A DNA stretch of 64,000 nucleotides from an uncultured Algoriphagus sp. (GTDB lineage: Bacteria; Bacteroidota; Bacteroidia; Cytophagales; Cyclobacteriaceae). Positions 21,125-31,073 of the stretch are shown here, piece after piece (position 1 is the stretch's first letter; each line of letters begins with the position of its first letter). The stretch lies in the NCBI RefSeq assembly GCF_963974835.1, contig NZ_CAXBET010000009.1, forward strand, positions 103,424 through 167,423, in the 5' to 3' direction. The notes below the pieces were generated by a model. It searched no databases. It worked only from the letters and a program-made list of their open reading frames with translations, and was not told the origin of the DNA. Made by a program: the position numbers and the translations under genes.

Positions 21125-23254
21125 ATGCTCAAGATTTCTTCGATCAGATCCTTTCTGGAAAGCACCCTTTTTATCTGGATAGGACTCACGCTCATCATTA
21201 CCCTAGCGGGAAATGCACTCGTATTACCAGATTGGCTTCAGGTTGTTGGAAGAAGCCATCCTATTCTATTACATTTTCCCATAGTGCTGCTCTTAATGGG
21301 TTTACTTTTCTTCTGGATTCCAGGAATTGACAAAAAACCCGAGATTAGAGAAATCGGAGAAATCAGCTTTTTGGCTGGTTGCAATTTTGCTGGAATCACG
21401 GTGCTAGCAGGATTGATTTTAGCCCAAGAAGAGTATACAGGTGAGATTTTAACCTGGCATAAATGGGGAGGCTTAATTGTTTTCGCTGGTTGTGTTTTAC
21501 TCTATTTTTTCAGATCTATCAAGGCAAATCTTATGCGCTTATCCAGCGTGGCTCTAGCTATTGCCATCATAGCTACGGGACATTGGGGCGCAGGATTAAC
21601 ACATGGCGAGGATTTTCTTTTGGCTCCTATTCAGTCTAAGGACATCGAGGTAATTCCGCTAGCAGAAGCAGAAATCTTTGGAGATGTGGTGCAGCCAATT
21701 TTACAGGCTAAATGTATCAGTTGCCATAAAGAAGGAAAGATTAAAGGAGAGCTGAGAATGGATCATATCGAAGGTTTGCAAAAAGGCGGTAAATCTGGGC
21801 CATTTGTTTTAGCTGGAGATTTTGAGAAGTCCATGCTCATCCAGAGAATCAATCTTCCTGAAGATGATAAAAAACATATGCCCCCTAAGAATAAGGCACA
21901 GTTGACAGATGAAGAGTTATTAATCCTTAGTGAATGGGTTGCCTCAGGAGCTAGTTTTGAACAGAAATTGGTTACCCTTCCTGCTAAAAACGAATTGTAC
22001 CAACTGGCATCTGTGAAGTTTGAAGGAAATAAAATCTATTCCTTCGACCCTGCAGATCCAGACGATATCAAAGAATTAAACACATCTTTTCGATCAGTTC
22101 AGCCGCTTTTCCCTGAGTCACCTGCATTGGATGTCTCCTACTTTGGCATTTCAGCTTTTCAGCCTGAATCGCTCTCCGACCTCAAAAGGGTAAAAGACCA
22201 AATCGTTCGATTTAGCCTCAATAAGATGCCTTTGGCTAGTGTTGATCTCAAATTCTTGAAGGATTTTCAACATCTGGAAGAGCTTCAATTAAACTTTACC
22301 GAACTGAATGCAGATCAATTAAAGGTTATTTTCAGTCTGACTTCGCTTGAAGTTTTGGCAATTTCAGGAAATACGATAGATGAAAAATCACTGGAGGATC
22401 TTACTAAAATGATTTTCTTGAAAAAGCTTTTTGTATGGCAAACTGGCCTGAGAGAAAAAGACCAAGAAATGCTAAAGAAAGCACTTCCTGAAACTGAAAT
22501 TGACTTTGGATTTGATGGAAAAGGGATAATCTATGAATTGAATAGCCCTATCATTTCACAAGCAGAAATGATCTACCAAGACAGCTTGAAAATTGTTCTT
22601 TCGCATCCAATCCCAACTGCAGAAATTCGCTACACACTTGATGGAACTGAACCTGACAGTATTACTGGAAAAGTTTATTCAGAGCCGATTTTCACCAAAA
22701 GCACTGGAAAAATCATTGCAAAAGCTTACGCATCCGAATGGAAAGGCTCAAAACCATCAGAATCAATATTCATACATTCAGGAATCCAACCAACTGAATC
22801 AGTTTTGGTTAACGATCCAAATCCAAAATATAAAGCCACAGGTGTTGCCACGCTGTTTGATTTGGTAAAAGCTGAAGCACCAAACCATAGCCAAAAATGG
22901 TTAGGATTTCAGGATGATCCGATGGTTTTGGAAGTAAGCTTTGAAAAGGAAAATAACCCAAAAGAAATCTCTCTTAGCCTTTTGTACAACGAAGGCGCCC
23001 ATATCTTCCCTCCATCCAAAGTACTTGTACAGGGCTGGGAAAATGGAAGATGGACCCAGCTGGCAATTAATACTCCTAGTCCTTCTACCCAAGGCGCTCC
23101 TGCAAGATCCGAATTACTCAAACTTGCGCTGGAAAACACAAATTATGAAAAGCTAAAAATCACATTATCTCCCCTTCAAAGTTTACCAAAATGGCATCCA
23201 AACTCGGGAAGTAAGGGTTGGGTATTTGTAGATGAGGTGATTTTCAATGAGTAA
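21125..23254 (+). CDS. Multidomain membrane protein: DUF2231-like TM domain + planctomycete cytochrome c + LRR + FN3/chitobiase-like + C-terminal beta domain
   Basis: GRSHPILLHFPI, CISCH...HMPP, leucine-rich repeats (LEELQLNFTEL, LEVLAISGNTI, LKKLFVWQTGL), IRYTLDGTEP, WVFVDEV; ATG at 21125 preferred over TTG at 21110. Confidence 0.85.
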   Translation: MLKISSIRSFLESTLFIWIGLTLIITLAGNALVLPDWLQVVGRSHPILLHFPIVLLLMGLLFFWIPGIDKKPEIREIGEISFLAGCNFAGITVLAGLILAQEEYTGEILTWHKWGGLIVFAGCVLLYFFRSIKANLMRLSSVALAIAIIATGHWGAGLTHGEDFLLAPIQSKDIEVIPLAEAEIFGDVVQPILQAKCISCHKEGKIKGELRMDHIEGLQKGGKSGPFVLAGDFEKSMLIQRINLPEDDKKHMPPKNKAQLTDEELLILSEWVASGASFEQKLVTLPAKNELYQLASVKFEGNKIYSFDPADPDDIKELNTSFRSVQPLFPESPALDVSYFGISAFQPESLSDLKRVKDQIVRFSLNKMPLASVDLKFLKDFQHLEELQLNFTELNADQLKVIFSLTSLEVLAISGNTIDEKSLEDLTKMIFLKKLFVWQTGLREKDQEMLKKALPETEIDFGFDGKGIIYELNSPIISQAEMIYQDSLKIVLSHPIPTAEIRYTLDGTEPDSITGKVYSEPIFTKSTGKIIAKAYASEWKGSKPSESIFIHSGIQPTESVLVNDPNPKYKATGVATLFDLVKAEAPNHSQKWLGFQDDPMVLEVSFEKENNPKEISLSLLYNEGAHIFPPSKVLVQGWENGRWTQLAINTPSPSTQGAPARSELLKLALENTNYEKLKITLSPLQSLPKWHPNSGSKGWVFVDEVIFNE

Positions 23255-23263
23255 TAAAGGAAT

Positions 23264-24148
23264 TCAATTTTCCTCCTTGCTCAGAATTTTCTTATACATT
23301 TCTATATTCTCCATGATATTGTTCTCTAGCTTTGGCTCTTCAATATCTTTTATTTTTTGCATCTCATTATAAATGATTTGAGCCACCAGAACCCGCGCAG
23401 CTTCTTTATTGTCCGAAGGAATAATGTACCAAGGCGCATGTTCTTTGGAGGTCTTATTAATAGCTTCCTCATAGCACTTTTGGTAGTCATCCCAGCGTTC
23501 TCTCTCCTTTAGATCACCTGGAGAAAACTTCCAATTATGCTTTGCCTTGTTCAAGCGGCGAAGCAACCGCTGCCTTTGTTCTTCTTTCCCTAGGTGTAGG
23601 AAAAATTTGAAAATGATGGTTCCGTTATCGCTAATTTGTTTTTCAAAATTGTTGATCTGCTCAAAGCGTTTTTCCCAAAAATCAAAAGTGATATCATCCA
23701 CAGAATTAATTCCTGGGATGTTTTCTCCCAGAATATATTCTGGATGGACTCGAGTCACTAAGACATTCTCGTAATGAGTCCTGTTAAAAACACCATACTT
23801 TCCTCGTTGAGGCAAAGCAATTACATGTCTCCAGAGAAAATCATGTTGAAGTTCCAACTTTGATGGAGTCTTAAAACTGTGGACTACAACTCCCCGCGGA
23901 TTGAATTCTTTAAAAACTTCCCTAATCAAGCTGTCCTTACCAGCAGTGTCCATGCCCTGCAGACAGATCAGTACTGAATATTTATTATGGGCATACATGA
24001 TATCTTGATGCTCGCTGAGTTTTTCCCGCAATTTATTAAGTTCTTTTTCCTTCTTTTTTTCCGAAGCTTCAAGATCAATGGAGGTAGGGATTTCTTTTAG
24101 AGAGATAGACTTCGTTACTTTAAAGGAATCAGCTGAAATATCTTTCAT
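23264..24148 (-). CDS. ppk2: Polyphosphate kinase 2 family phosphotransferase
   Basis: Walker A QGMDTAGKD, FNRTHYE, KFSPGDLKER, APWYIIPSDNK. Confidence 0.93.
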   Translation of the reverse strand: MKDISADSFKVTKSISLKEIPTSIDLEASEKKKEKELNKLREKLSEHQDIMYAHNKYSVLICLQGMDTAGKDSLIREVFKEFNPRGVVVHSFKTPSKLELQHDFLWRHVIALPQRGKYGVFNRTHYENVLVTRVHPEYILGENIPGINSVDDITFDFWEKRFEQINNFEKQISDNGTIIFKFFLHLGKEEQRQRLLRRLNKAKHNWKFSPGDLKERERWDDYQKCYEEAINKTSKEHAPWYIIPSDNKEAARVLVAQIIYNEMQKIKDIEEPKLENNIMENIEMYKKILSKEEN

Positions 24149-24264
24149 GCGTTTTTTAATTTTTAGTGGATAATGAGTGGGTCATTAAGAAAAGAACAAG
24201 ATAATATTTTATCTTACCCCTACAGAAAAACGCCATCATTTTACCCCAATTCACCAACCTTAAA

Positions 24265-25410
24265 ATGGTACAAAATTCTATTTCTCCAGGCATGACTAAT
24301 CGGTACCTGGCTCTTGACGTGCTCCGTGGCTTGACTATTGCCTTTATGGTCATAGTCAACACAGCCGGAGATTGGACCAATCTCTTTGCTCCTCTTGCTC
24401 ATGCTAAGTGGCATGGCTTCACTCCCACTGATTTAGTATTCCCAACTTTTCTATTTGTTGTAGGCAATGCTATGAGCTTTTCCATGAAAAAGCTTCAGCA
24501 AATGAATCCTGCGGAATTTTTCAAAAAGGTAGGAAAAAGAACAGCTTTGATTTTCCTGATCGGCTGGTTGCTAAACGCATTTCCATTTTATGAACTATCT
24601 GATACTGGGGCTATGAGTATTAAGGACTTTACAGAAGTCCGACTTTTTGGAGTGCTTCAGCGAATTGCACTTTGCTATTTCTTTGGAGCGATAGTACTTT
24701 ATTATGGAGGAATAAAGGGTGCCTGGATTTTCAGTGGAATCTCACTTATAGGTTATTGGGTGGTAATGTATTTCTTTGGCGATTCTGCTGATCCATATGG
24801 CCTTACTGGAAATGCTGCAATCAAGCTAGATTTAGCGCTGATCGGACCTGAAAGAATGTATGGCGGAGAAGGAATTCCTTTCGATCCTGAAGGTATTCTC
24901 AGCACCTTACCCGGAATCGTAAATGTTATCGCTGGCTATCTAGCCGGTATGATGATCCAAAAACTTGGTAATTCCGTGAAAACGATCAAGAAATTACTGG
25001 TTATGGGATTGATATTAATCATAGTAGCTTACATCTGGGATATATTTTTTCCGATCAACAAAAAAATCTGGACCAGCTCATATGTTCTTTTGACCATTGG
25101 GATTGACCTTATTTTATTGGCGATCATGGTGGTGATTATTGAAATCAAAAACTGGAAAGGTTGGACTTATTTTTTCGAAGTTTTTGGAAGAAATCCCCTG
25201 ATTCTATATGTGCTATCGGGACTGGTTATTCGAATACTAGGTATGATTCCAATGGGAGAAACAACACTACGCGGTTTTATTTACACTAATTTCTATACAA
25301 CCTGGCTGTCGCCAAAAATGGCTTCATTTCTATTTGCATTTAGTTATATGCTGCTCATTTGGCTAATCGGACTATGGATGGATAAAAGAAAGATCTATGT
25401 AAAAGTGTAA
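24265..25410 (+). CDS. Heparan-alpha-glucosaminide N-acetyltransferase-like membrane protein (DUF5009/NagX-like)
   Basis: RYLALDVLRGLTIAFM, HAKWHGFTPTDLVFPTFLF, GVLQRIA, DPEGILST, PINKKIWTSSY. Confidence 0.88.
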   Translation: MVQNSISPGMTNRYLALDVLRGLTIAFMVIVNTAGDWTNLFAPLAHAKWHGFTPTDLVFPTFLFVVGNAMSFSMKKLQQMNPAEFFKKVGKRTALIFLIGWLLNAFPFYELSDTGAMSIKDFTEVRLFGVLQRIALCYFFGAIVLYYGGIKGAWIFSGISLIGYWVVMYFFGDSADPYGLTGNAAIKLDLALIGPERMYGGEGIPFDPEGILSTLPGIVNVIAGYLAGMMIQKLGNSVKTIKKLLVMGLILIIVAYIWDIFFPINKKIWTSSYVLLTIGIDLILLAIMVVIIEIKNWKGWTYFFEVFGRNPLILYVLSGLVIRILGMIPMGETTLRGFIYTNFYTTWLSPKMASFLFAFSYMLLIWLIGLWMDKRKIYVKV

Positions 25411-25487
25411 AATGTAATATTCTGATAATAAGTCTTTTGCCCAAAAACCGTAACTTATTGGTGTTTTTTAATTAACCCAATATTTTT

Positions 25488-26489
25488 ATGATTCTGAAAA
25501 TTGGAGTTTATAATGTAGAATGGATGAGAGATCTGTTTGACACAGAGGGAATTCCTAAAACAACTGGCAAAGAGCTTATTAGAAGTCAGCAATTGGCTGA
25601 GGTGATCCAGACAATGGACCCAGATTTTCTAGGTATAGTGGAAGGTCCAAACACCCTGGTGGATGGCTCAAAAACTGCTTCCGCACAAATGGAAATATGG
25701 ACTAAAACTTTCATTCCTGGCTCAACTTACAAAGGTATTCACGGCTTCCCATCTGCAGGTCAGCAGGAACTTTGTGCTATTTTCAAGCCTGATAAAGTCA
25801 ATGTACTTTTCACTCCTGAGACCAGGGAAGGAAATAGATTTGATGAACCTTTTTTGCAGGACACCACAAACCGTCTAATCAAAGAACAATACAAACATTA
25901 TCGTCCCCCACTGGAATTGAGCATTTTAGGACTGGATGATTCTTTGATTACACGGGTGATCGTAGCTCATACGAAATCCAAGGGAATTTTTGATATGGTT
26001 GATTATGCCAGATTCGAGCAAATTTCCGCTCGTGACCGACTTAAGTTATTTGCAGAATGCATGTCTATTCGAGAGCGATGCGATGAGTATTTGGAAAAAA
26101 ATCAGCAAGTCCTAGTGATGGGAGATATCAATGACGGATTTGAGTTGGATTTTTACGAAAATAAATTCTCTAAAAGTGCTGTAGAAATCCTACTTGGAGA
26201 CGTTTGGAAGCCGGAATTTATCATGAAACCTGTTTTACCCAAACCAAAACTAAATAGCTATGGATACACTCCAAATTCCAGTAAATATAAAGACCGGATT
26301 ACGGGAGATGAAATCAATGTTTTGATTGATCATATTTTGGCGAGCCAAGGATTAAAAGTCTTGCAAGGAACAGTGTGGAACCCATATCTTGAAAAAAGTA
26401 ATCCAGCAATCCAATCTGTCAGCGACTCACTCAAAAAAGCTTCGGACCATTTTCCTGTGCTTTGTGAGATAGAAACAATAAACCCGTAA
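25488..26489 (+). CDS. Endonuclease/exonuclease/phosphatase (EEP) family protein
   Basis: YNVEW, AHTKSK, MGDIND, IDHIL, SDHFPV. Confidence 0.85.
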   Translation: MILKIGVYNVEWMRDLFDTEGIPKTTGKELIRSQQLAEVIQTMDPDFLGIVEGPNTLVDGSKTASAQMEIWTKTFIPGSTYKGIHGFPSAGQQELCAIFKPDKVNVLFTPETREGNRFDEPFLQDTTNRLIKEQYKHYRPPLELSILGLDDSLITRVIVAHTKSKGIFDMVDYARFEQISARDRLKLFAECMSIRERCDEYLEKNQQVLVMGDINDGFELDFYENKFSKSAVEILLGDVWKPEFIMKPVLPKPKLNSYGYTPNSSKYKDRITGDEINVLIDHILASQGLKVLQGTVWNPYLEKSNPAIQSVSDSLKKASDHFPVLCEIETINP

Positions 26490-26495
26490 AAACCA

Positions 26496-27050
26496 ATGGA
26501 CCAAGCAGCACAGACAATGATCGATAACCTAGAGAAAAACACAGGTAAAAGCCTGGATCAATGGGTATCTATTGTTTAGAAAGAAAGTTTAAACAAGCAC
26601 GGAGAAATTATAAAATTTTTAAAGTCTGAATATGGCTTTACCCATGGTTTTGCAAATCTTGTGGCCCACAAATCCTTAAAATCAGATTCAGGGTCAGCTG
26701 CGGATACAGATGAGTTGATCACAAAGCAATACAAGGGCAAAGAACATTTTTTAAAGCTTTATGAGAACTTAGGCTCTGAAATCAAAGCTTTTGGCTCAGA
26801 TATAGAATTCGCTCCAAAAAATGCTTATGTGAGTGTAAAGCGCAAAAAGCAATTTGCCATGCTAATACCTGCTACTAAAACGAGATACGAAATAGGCCTC
26901 AATTTAAAAGGTCACCCAGCAGAAGGAGTTCTTGAAATTGACACCAAAACAAATGGTATGTGCAGTCATAAGATTTTGCTCACGCCTGAAAGCGATATTA
27001 CTCCAGAAGTTATTTCTTGGCTTCAAATAGCCTACGAAGCTGCTGGATGA
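26496..27050 (+). pseudogene. DUF4287 + DUF5655 protein interrupted by an in-frame TAG at 26577-26579
   Basis: ATG 26496 MDQAAQTMIDNLEKNTGKSLDQWVSIV*KESLNKHGEIIKFLKSEYGFTHGFANLVAH (DUF4287-type) is in frame with the 26661..27050 ORF (APKNAYVSVKRKKQFA, MCSHKI). Confidence 0.8.
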
Positions 27051-27145
27051 CCACCCCTTTTACAAAATAGGATTACTTTCGGTCAATAACTGAAGTGTTT
27101 GCTATGAATTTTGGGGATACCTTGTTTTCAAAATTATCCCCCATT

Positions 27146-29434
27146 ATGTTAAAATCGCCTTCTTTAAAATCTTTTATATATCGCTACTTCAATACTTTCC
27201 TCTTTCTCCTTTTGTTCCATAATTCATTTGGACAAATCACAGAAGAAACCTATCACAAGGCTGAATATTTCCTAAGTGATAATATTCAAAAAGAGGTATA
27301 TCATCTCGAAGTAATTCCTCATTGGATAAAAAATCAGAATTCTTTTTGGCATCAGACTTATACAAAAGATGGAATGCGCTTTTTCATCACCAACCTAGAT
27401 GAAAAGAGTACCAAGGAAGCCTTTGATCACAACGAACTTGCAAATTATCTCAGTGAAAAATCCGGAAAGGAAATCATTGGAGATGCTCTGCCCTTTACTT
27501 CTATTGAAATGGACGAACAGGGAAAAATATCATTTGAATGGATGAATCAAAACTGGAAGTTTGATGCCGAGAAGAAGGAATTAACCAGCGAGAAAGTAAA
27601 GGATAGGCCAACCCGTGATTTTGCTATTTCTCCGGATGGAAACTGGAAAGCTTTCACCCGAAATTTCAATCTATTTGTAGAGAACCTGCAAACTGGGGAA
27701 GAAATCCAGCTAAGTTTTGATGGAAAAAAAGACTACGAATATGCATCATTTTGGGGCTGGTCAGATATGATTTATGGAGAAAATGGAGAGCGCCCATATC
27801 ACTTCAGCGCCAGATGGTCTCCAGATTCCAAATTCATTCAAACTCAGATTGTGGATCTTCGACTTGCAGAAAAAATGTTTTTGCTGGATTTCAGCCAAGA
27901 TTCTAAATTTCGACCTGAGCTGATGGCATATTACCGTGGATCACCAGGCGACAGCACTGTGGTTACTTACACACCGGTTTTGTTTGAATTGGATTCTAAA
28001 GAAGAGACAAAATTTCCTCAGCTAACCTTACCACACTTCATCGGCATGAACCTCAATTGGAGTGCTGATAGCCAATTTTTAAGTGGTACTTATTTGGAGC
28101 GTGGATTCAAGAGGTTTAGTGTGATAGAAATTGATGCAAAATCGAAAGAGCTTCGAAAAATCTATTCTGAATCTTCCCCTACTCACGTTAATAACAATAA
28201 TATTTTCAGACGCTTAGAAAATGATCAGTTCATTCTCGGTACTGAGAAATCCGGATGGAATCACTTGTCTCTTTACGATTGGAAAACAGGTAAGCTCATT
28301 AATACGATCACTTCGGGAGAATACGTGGTTAGTAATATTCTTTCAGTAGACGAGAAAAATGAGGTGATTTACTTTGAGGCGAACGGGAGGGAAAATGATC
28401 AAAACCCTTACTATTCCAATCTGTATAGAATAAATATGGATGGTTCAGGAATCGCGCTATTGACACCTGAAAACGCCTTCCATTCTATTTCTTACTCAGA
28501 TGAAAAAGATTACTTTATCGACAATTATTCCACTGTAGATCAGCCAACAGTCTCTGTCGTACGTGAACTCAAATCAGGCAAAATCATTTATGAAATCTCG
28601 AAAGCAGATATTTCAAACCTGAAAAAGAAAGGATATCAAAGTCCCAAGCAATTTACTGCTACTGCAAAGGATGGGAAAACAACTTTATATGGCATCTATT
28701 ATTTGCCAACAGATTTCAATTCTAAAAAGAGCTACCCAATTATTGACTACACTTATTCCGGTCCTCATATAGACATTACTCCTAAAACTTTCAAAGCTGG
28801 TCTAATCGGTTTACAGCAACCTATGGCAGAGTTAGGGTTTGTAGTGGTCACCATAGATGGGCTTGGCACCTCAGGAAGAGGTAAAGCATTTAACGATGTA
28901 TCCTATAATAATCTCGGTGATGGGACCACAGATCATGTTCTTGCTATTAAACAATTGGCCGCTAAAAATAAGTTTATTGATATCGACAAAGTCGGAATAT
29001 TTGGTCACTCTGCAGGTGGCTACGATGCTGGAAGGGCGATGCTTTTGCATCCGGATTTTTACAAAGTAGGTGTGGCATCAGCAGGAGATCACGACCACAG
29101 AATGGAAAAAGCATGGTGGCCAGAGATGTATATGGGATATCCAAGAGGCGATTTCTACCATGAGCAATCCAATGTAACCAATGCCGCTAACCTTAAAGGA
29201 TATCTGTTATTAGCACATGGTGGAATAGATGAAAATGTCAATCCATCCGCCACTTTCAAGCTTGCAGAAGCGCTTATCAATGCTGGAAAAGATTTTGACC
29301 TTTTCATCTGGCCGAGTCGAAACCATAATTTTGGAAGAAGCAACGGAGACTACTTTACCAAAAAAAGATGGGATTACTTCATAGAGCATTTGATGGGAGA
29401 AGAGCCGATACGGCATTATCAGATCAAGAAATAA
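27146..29434 (+). CDS. S9 family peptidase (dipeptidyl peptidase IV-like), exported
   Basis: Nucleophile GHSAGG, HGGIDENV, WPSRNH; N-terminal beta-propeller (FAISPDG, WSPDS); ATG 27146 preferred. Confidence 0.9.
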   Translation: MLKSPSLKSFIYRYFNTFLFLLLFHNSFGQITEETYHKAEYFLSDNIQKEVYHLEVIPHWIKNQNSFWHQTYTKDGMRFFITNLDEKSTKEAFDHNELANYLSEKSGKEIIGDALPFTSIEMDEQGKISFEWMNQNWKFDAEKKELTSEKVKDRPTRDFAISPDGNWKAFTRNFNLFVENLQTGEEIQLSFDGKKDYEYASFWGWSDMIYGENGERPYHFSARWSPDSKFIQTQIVDLRLAEKMFLLDFSQDSKFRPELMAYYRGSPGDSTVVTYTPVLFELDSKEETKFPQLTLPHFIGMNLNWSADSQFLSGTYLERGFKRFSVIEIDAKSKELRKIYSESSPTHVNNNNIFRRLENDQFILGTEKSGWNHLSLYDWKTGKLINTITSGEYVVSNILSVDEKNEVIYFEANGRENDQNPYYSNLYRINMDGSGIALLTPENAFHSISYSDEKDYFIDNYSTVDQPTVSVVRELKSGKIIYEISKADISNLKKKGYQSPKQFTATAKDGKTTLYGIYYLPTDFNSKKSYPIIDYTYSGPHIDITPKTFKAGLIGLQQPMAELGFVVVTIDGLGTSGRGKAFNDVSYNNLGDGTTDHVLAIKQLAAKNKFIDIDKVGIFGHSAGGYDAGRAMLLHPDFYKVGVASAGDHDHRMEKAWWPEMYMGYPRGDFYHEQSNVTNAANLKGYLLLAHGGIDENVNPSATFKLAEALINAGKDFDLFIWPSRNHNFGRSNGDYFTKKRWDYFIEHLMGEEPIRHYQIKK

Positions 29435-29523
29435 ATGATTACACCGAGTTTTAGCAATTCAGATATAAAGTTTAAAAAGTTATACTAACTAAAATTCTGA
29501 AATCACATTTGTATTGAATACTT

Positions 29524-29558
29524 AAGAGGAGGTCCCAAATTTGGAAACCTCCTCTTTT
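29524..29558 (+). terminator. Intrinsic terminator between the convergent S9 peptidase and ribE genes
   Basis: AAGAGGAGGT...ACCTCCTCTT followed by TT. Confidence 0.8.
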
Positions 29559-29577
29559 ACTTTGGACCTAGATAGCT

Positions 29578-30168
29578 TTAAAGGTAACCTTTAGTGATTC
29601 GCTGAATGTATTTTCCCAGAATATCAAATTCCAGATTGACTAAGTCACCGGGCTTCAACTGATGAAAATTAGTATGATCAAAGGTGTACGGAATTATCGC
29701 TACCGAGAATCTACCAGGTCCGGAATTGAAGCAGGTTAAACTGGTACCATTAATTGTGATGGAGCCTTTTTCCACGGTTACATTTCCGAGGCTATGGTCA
29801 AACTCTAAGTCAAAAACCCAAGATCCATTCTGATCAATAATATTTTTCACTTTTCCCACCTGGTCCACATGTCCTTGCACGATATGCCCATCAAAGCGTC
29901 CATTTGCAGGCATACAGCGTTCAAGGTTGACTTTCTTACCTACTTTCCACTGTGATAGATTCGTTTTCTGAATCGTCTCGTCGATTGCCGTCACTCGGTA
30001 TAAATCGGGAGTTGTTTGAACTACAGTAAGACATACACCATCATGCGCTAAAGACTGATCGATCTTCAACTCAGATGCAAGTGTTGCTTCCAGATCAAAG
30101 TGGACATTGGTACCGTCCTGAGTTATATTTTGTATTGTGCCAATAGCTTCAATAATTCCTGTAAACAT
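29578..30168 (-). CDS. ribE: Riboflavin synthase (alpha chain)
   Basis: Diagnostic MFTGII N-terminus; GVCLTV, VNLER, GHIVQGHVD, VNLEFD. Confidence 0.96.
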   Translation of the reverse strand: MFTGIIEAIGTIQNITQDGTNVHFDLEATLASELKIDQSLAHDGVCLTVVQTTPDLYRVTAIDETIQKTNLSQWKVGKKVNLERCMPANGRFDGHIVQGHVDQVGKVKNIIDQNGSWVFDLEFDHSLGNVTVEKGSITINGTSLTCFNSGPGRFSVAIIPYTFDHTNFHQLKPGDLVNLEFDILGKYIQRITKGYL

Positions 30169-30278
30169 AGCGATGAATTTAACTTTCAAAGTTTCAATGA
30201 CTAAGCAATAAATGCCCTATTCAAGTTCAAATTAAGCCAAATATTCTTTTATCTTCGATCACAGAATCGTAAATAACC

Positions 30279-30941
30279 ATGCCCCTACTCAAACTCGAAG
30301 ACACGTATTTACATAAAGGAAAACGGAGAGCTCTAGTAAATTTGCTAAGGGAAAAAGGAATTAAAAACGAACATGTACTTCAGGCTATCAACACGTTACC
30401 AAGACATTTTTTCTTTGATTCTGCATTGATTTCGCATGCTTACGAGGACAAAGCCTTCCCCATCGGAGAAGGTCAGACTATTTCCCAACCTTACACTGTA
30501 GCCTTCCAAACCGAACTGCTTGAGATCAAAGAGGGAGAAAGAATTTTAGAAATTGGAACCGGTTCAGGATATCAAGGAAGCATCTTACATCTACTTGGTG
30601 CAGAGGTATTTACTATAGAATACCAGAAGAAACTATTTGAGGGTACCAAACGATTTTTAACGAGGCTGGGAATAGAAATGCATCTTTTCTATGGCGATGG
30701 AACAGGCGGACTTCCAGCTTATGCACCTTACGATAAAATAATTGTAACAGCTGGAGCCCCGGTTGTACCCGAGGCTTTGGTTCAGCAGTTAAAAATTGGA
30801 GGAATTTTGGTAATTCCTGTAGGCGATAAGCGAAAGCAGGCAATGCTGAAAATCACCAAGAAGTCAAAAGATCAAGTCGTTCAGGAAGAATACGAGGGTT
30901 TTGCATTTGTACCGCTTTTGGGAAAAGATGGTTGGGGCTGA
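30279..30941 (+). CDS. pcm: Protein-L-isoaspartate O-methyltransferase
   Basis: AYEDKAFPIGEGQTISQPY, LEIGTGSGY, APYDKIIVTAG, FVPL. Confidence 0.96.
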   Translation: MPLLKLEDTYLHKGKRRALVNLLREKGIKNEHVLQAINTLPRHFFFDSALISHAYEDKAFPIGEGQTISQPYTVAFQTELLEIKEGERILEIGTGSGYQGSILHLLGAEVFTIEYQKKLFEGTKRFLTRLGIEMHLFYGDGTGGLPAYAPYDKIIVTAGAPVVPEALVQQLKIGGILVIPVGDKRKQAMLKITKKSKDQVVQEEYEGFAFVPLLGKDGWG

Positions 30942-31073
30942 GTGGACTTCGGAATTTTGATTTCAATTTTATCTATACGCAAATCCATTCAATCTCAAAA
31001 TAATATTCCGATAAAAACTCTCCATTGATTTTTCAACAAAATTTAATTTCTATTTTTGTTAAAATTTAGATTT

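Noticed and set aside
26577-26579. Amber recoding or pyrrolysine readthrough to explain the in-frame TAG
   Set aside because: TAG is an ordinary stop elsewhere in the window (RND gene at 46756-46758, DUF3817 at 32572-32574), and no Pyl machinery is visible.
30949-31011. Weak inverted repeat TCGGAAT...ATTCCGA with heptamer-like texture after pcm
   Set aside because: Too short and AT-rich to separate from chance or a decayed terminator.
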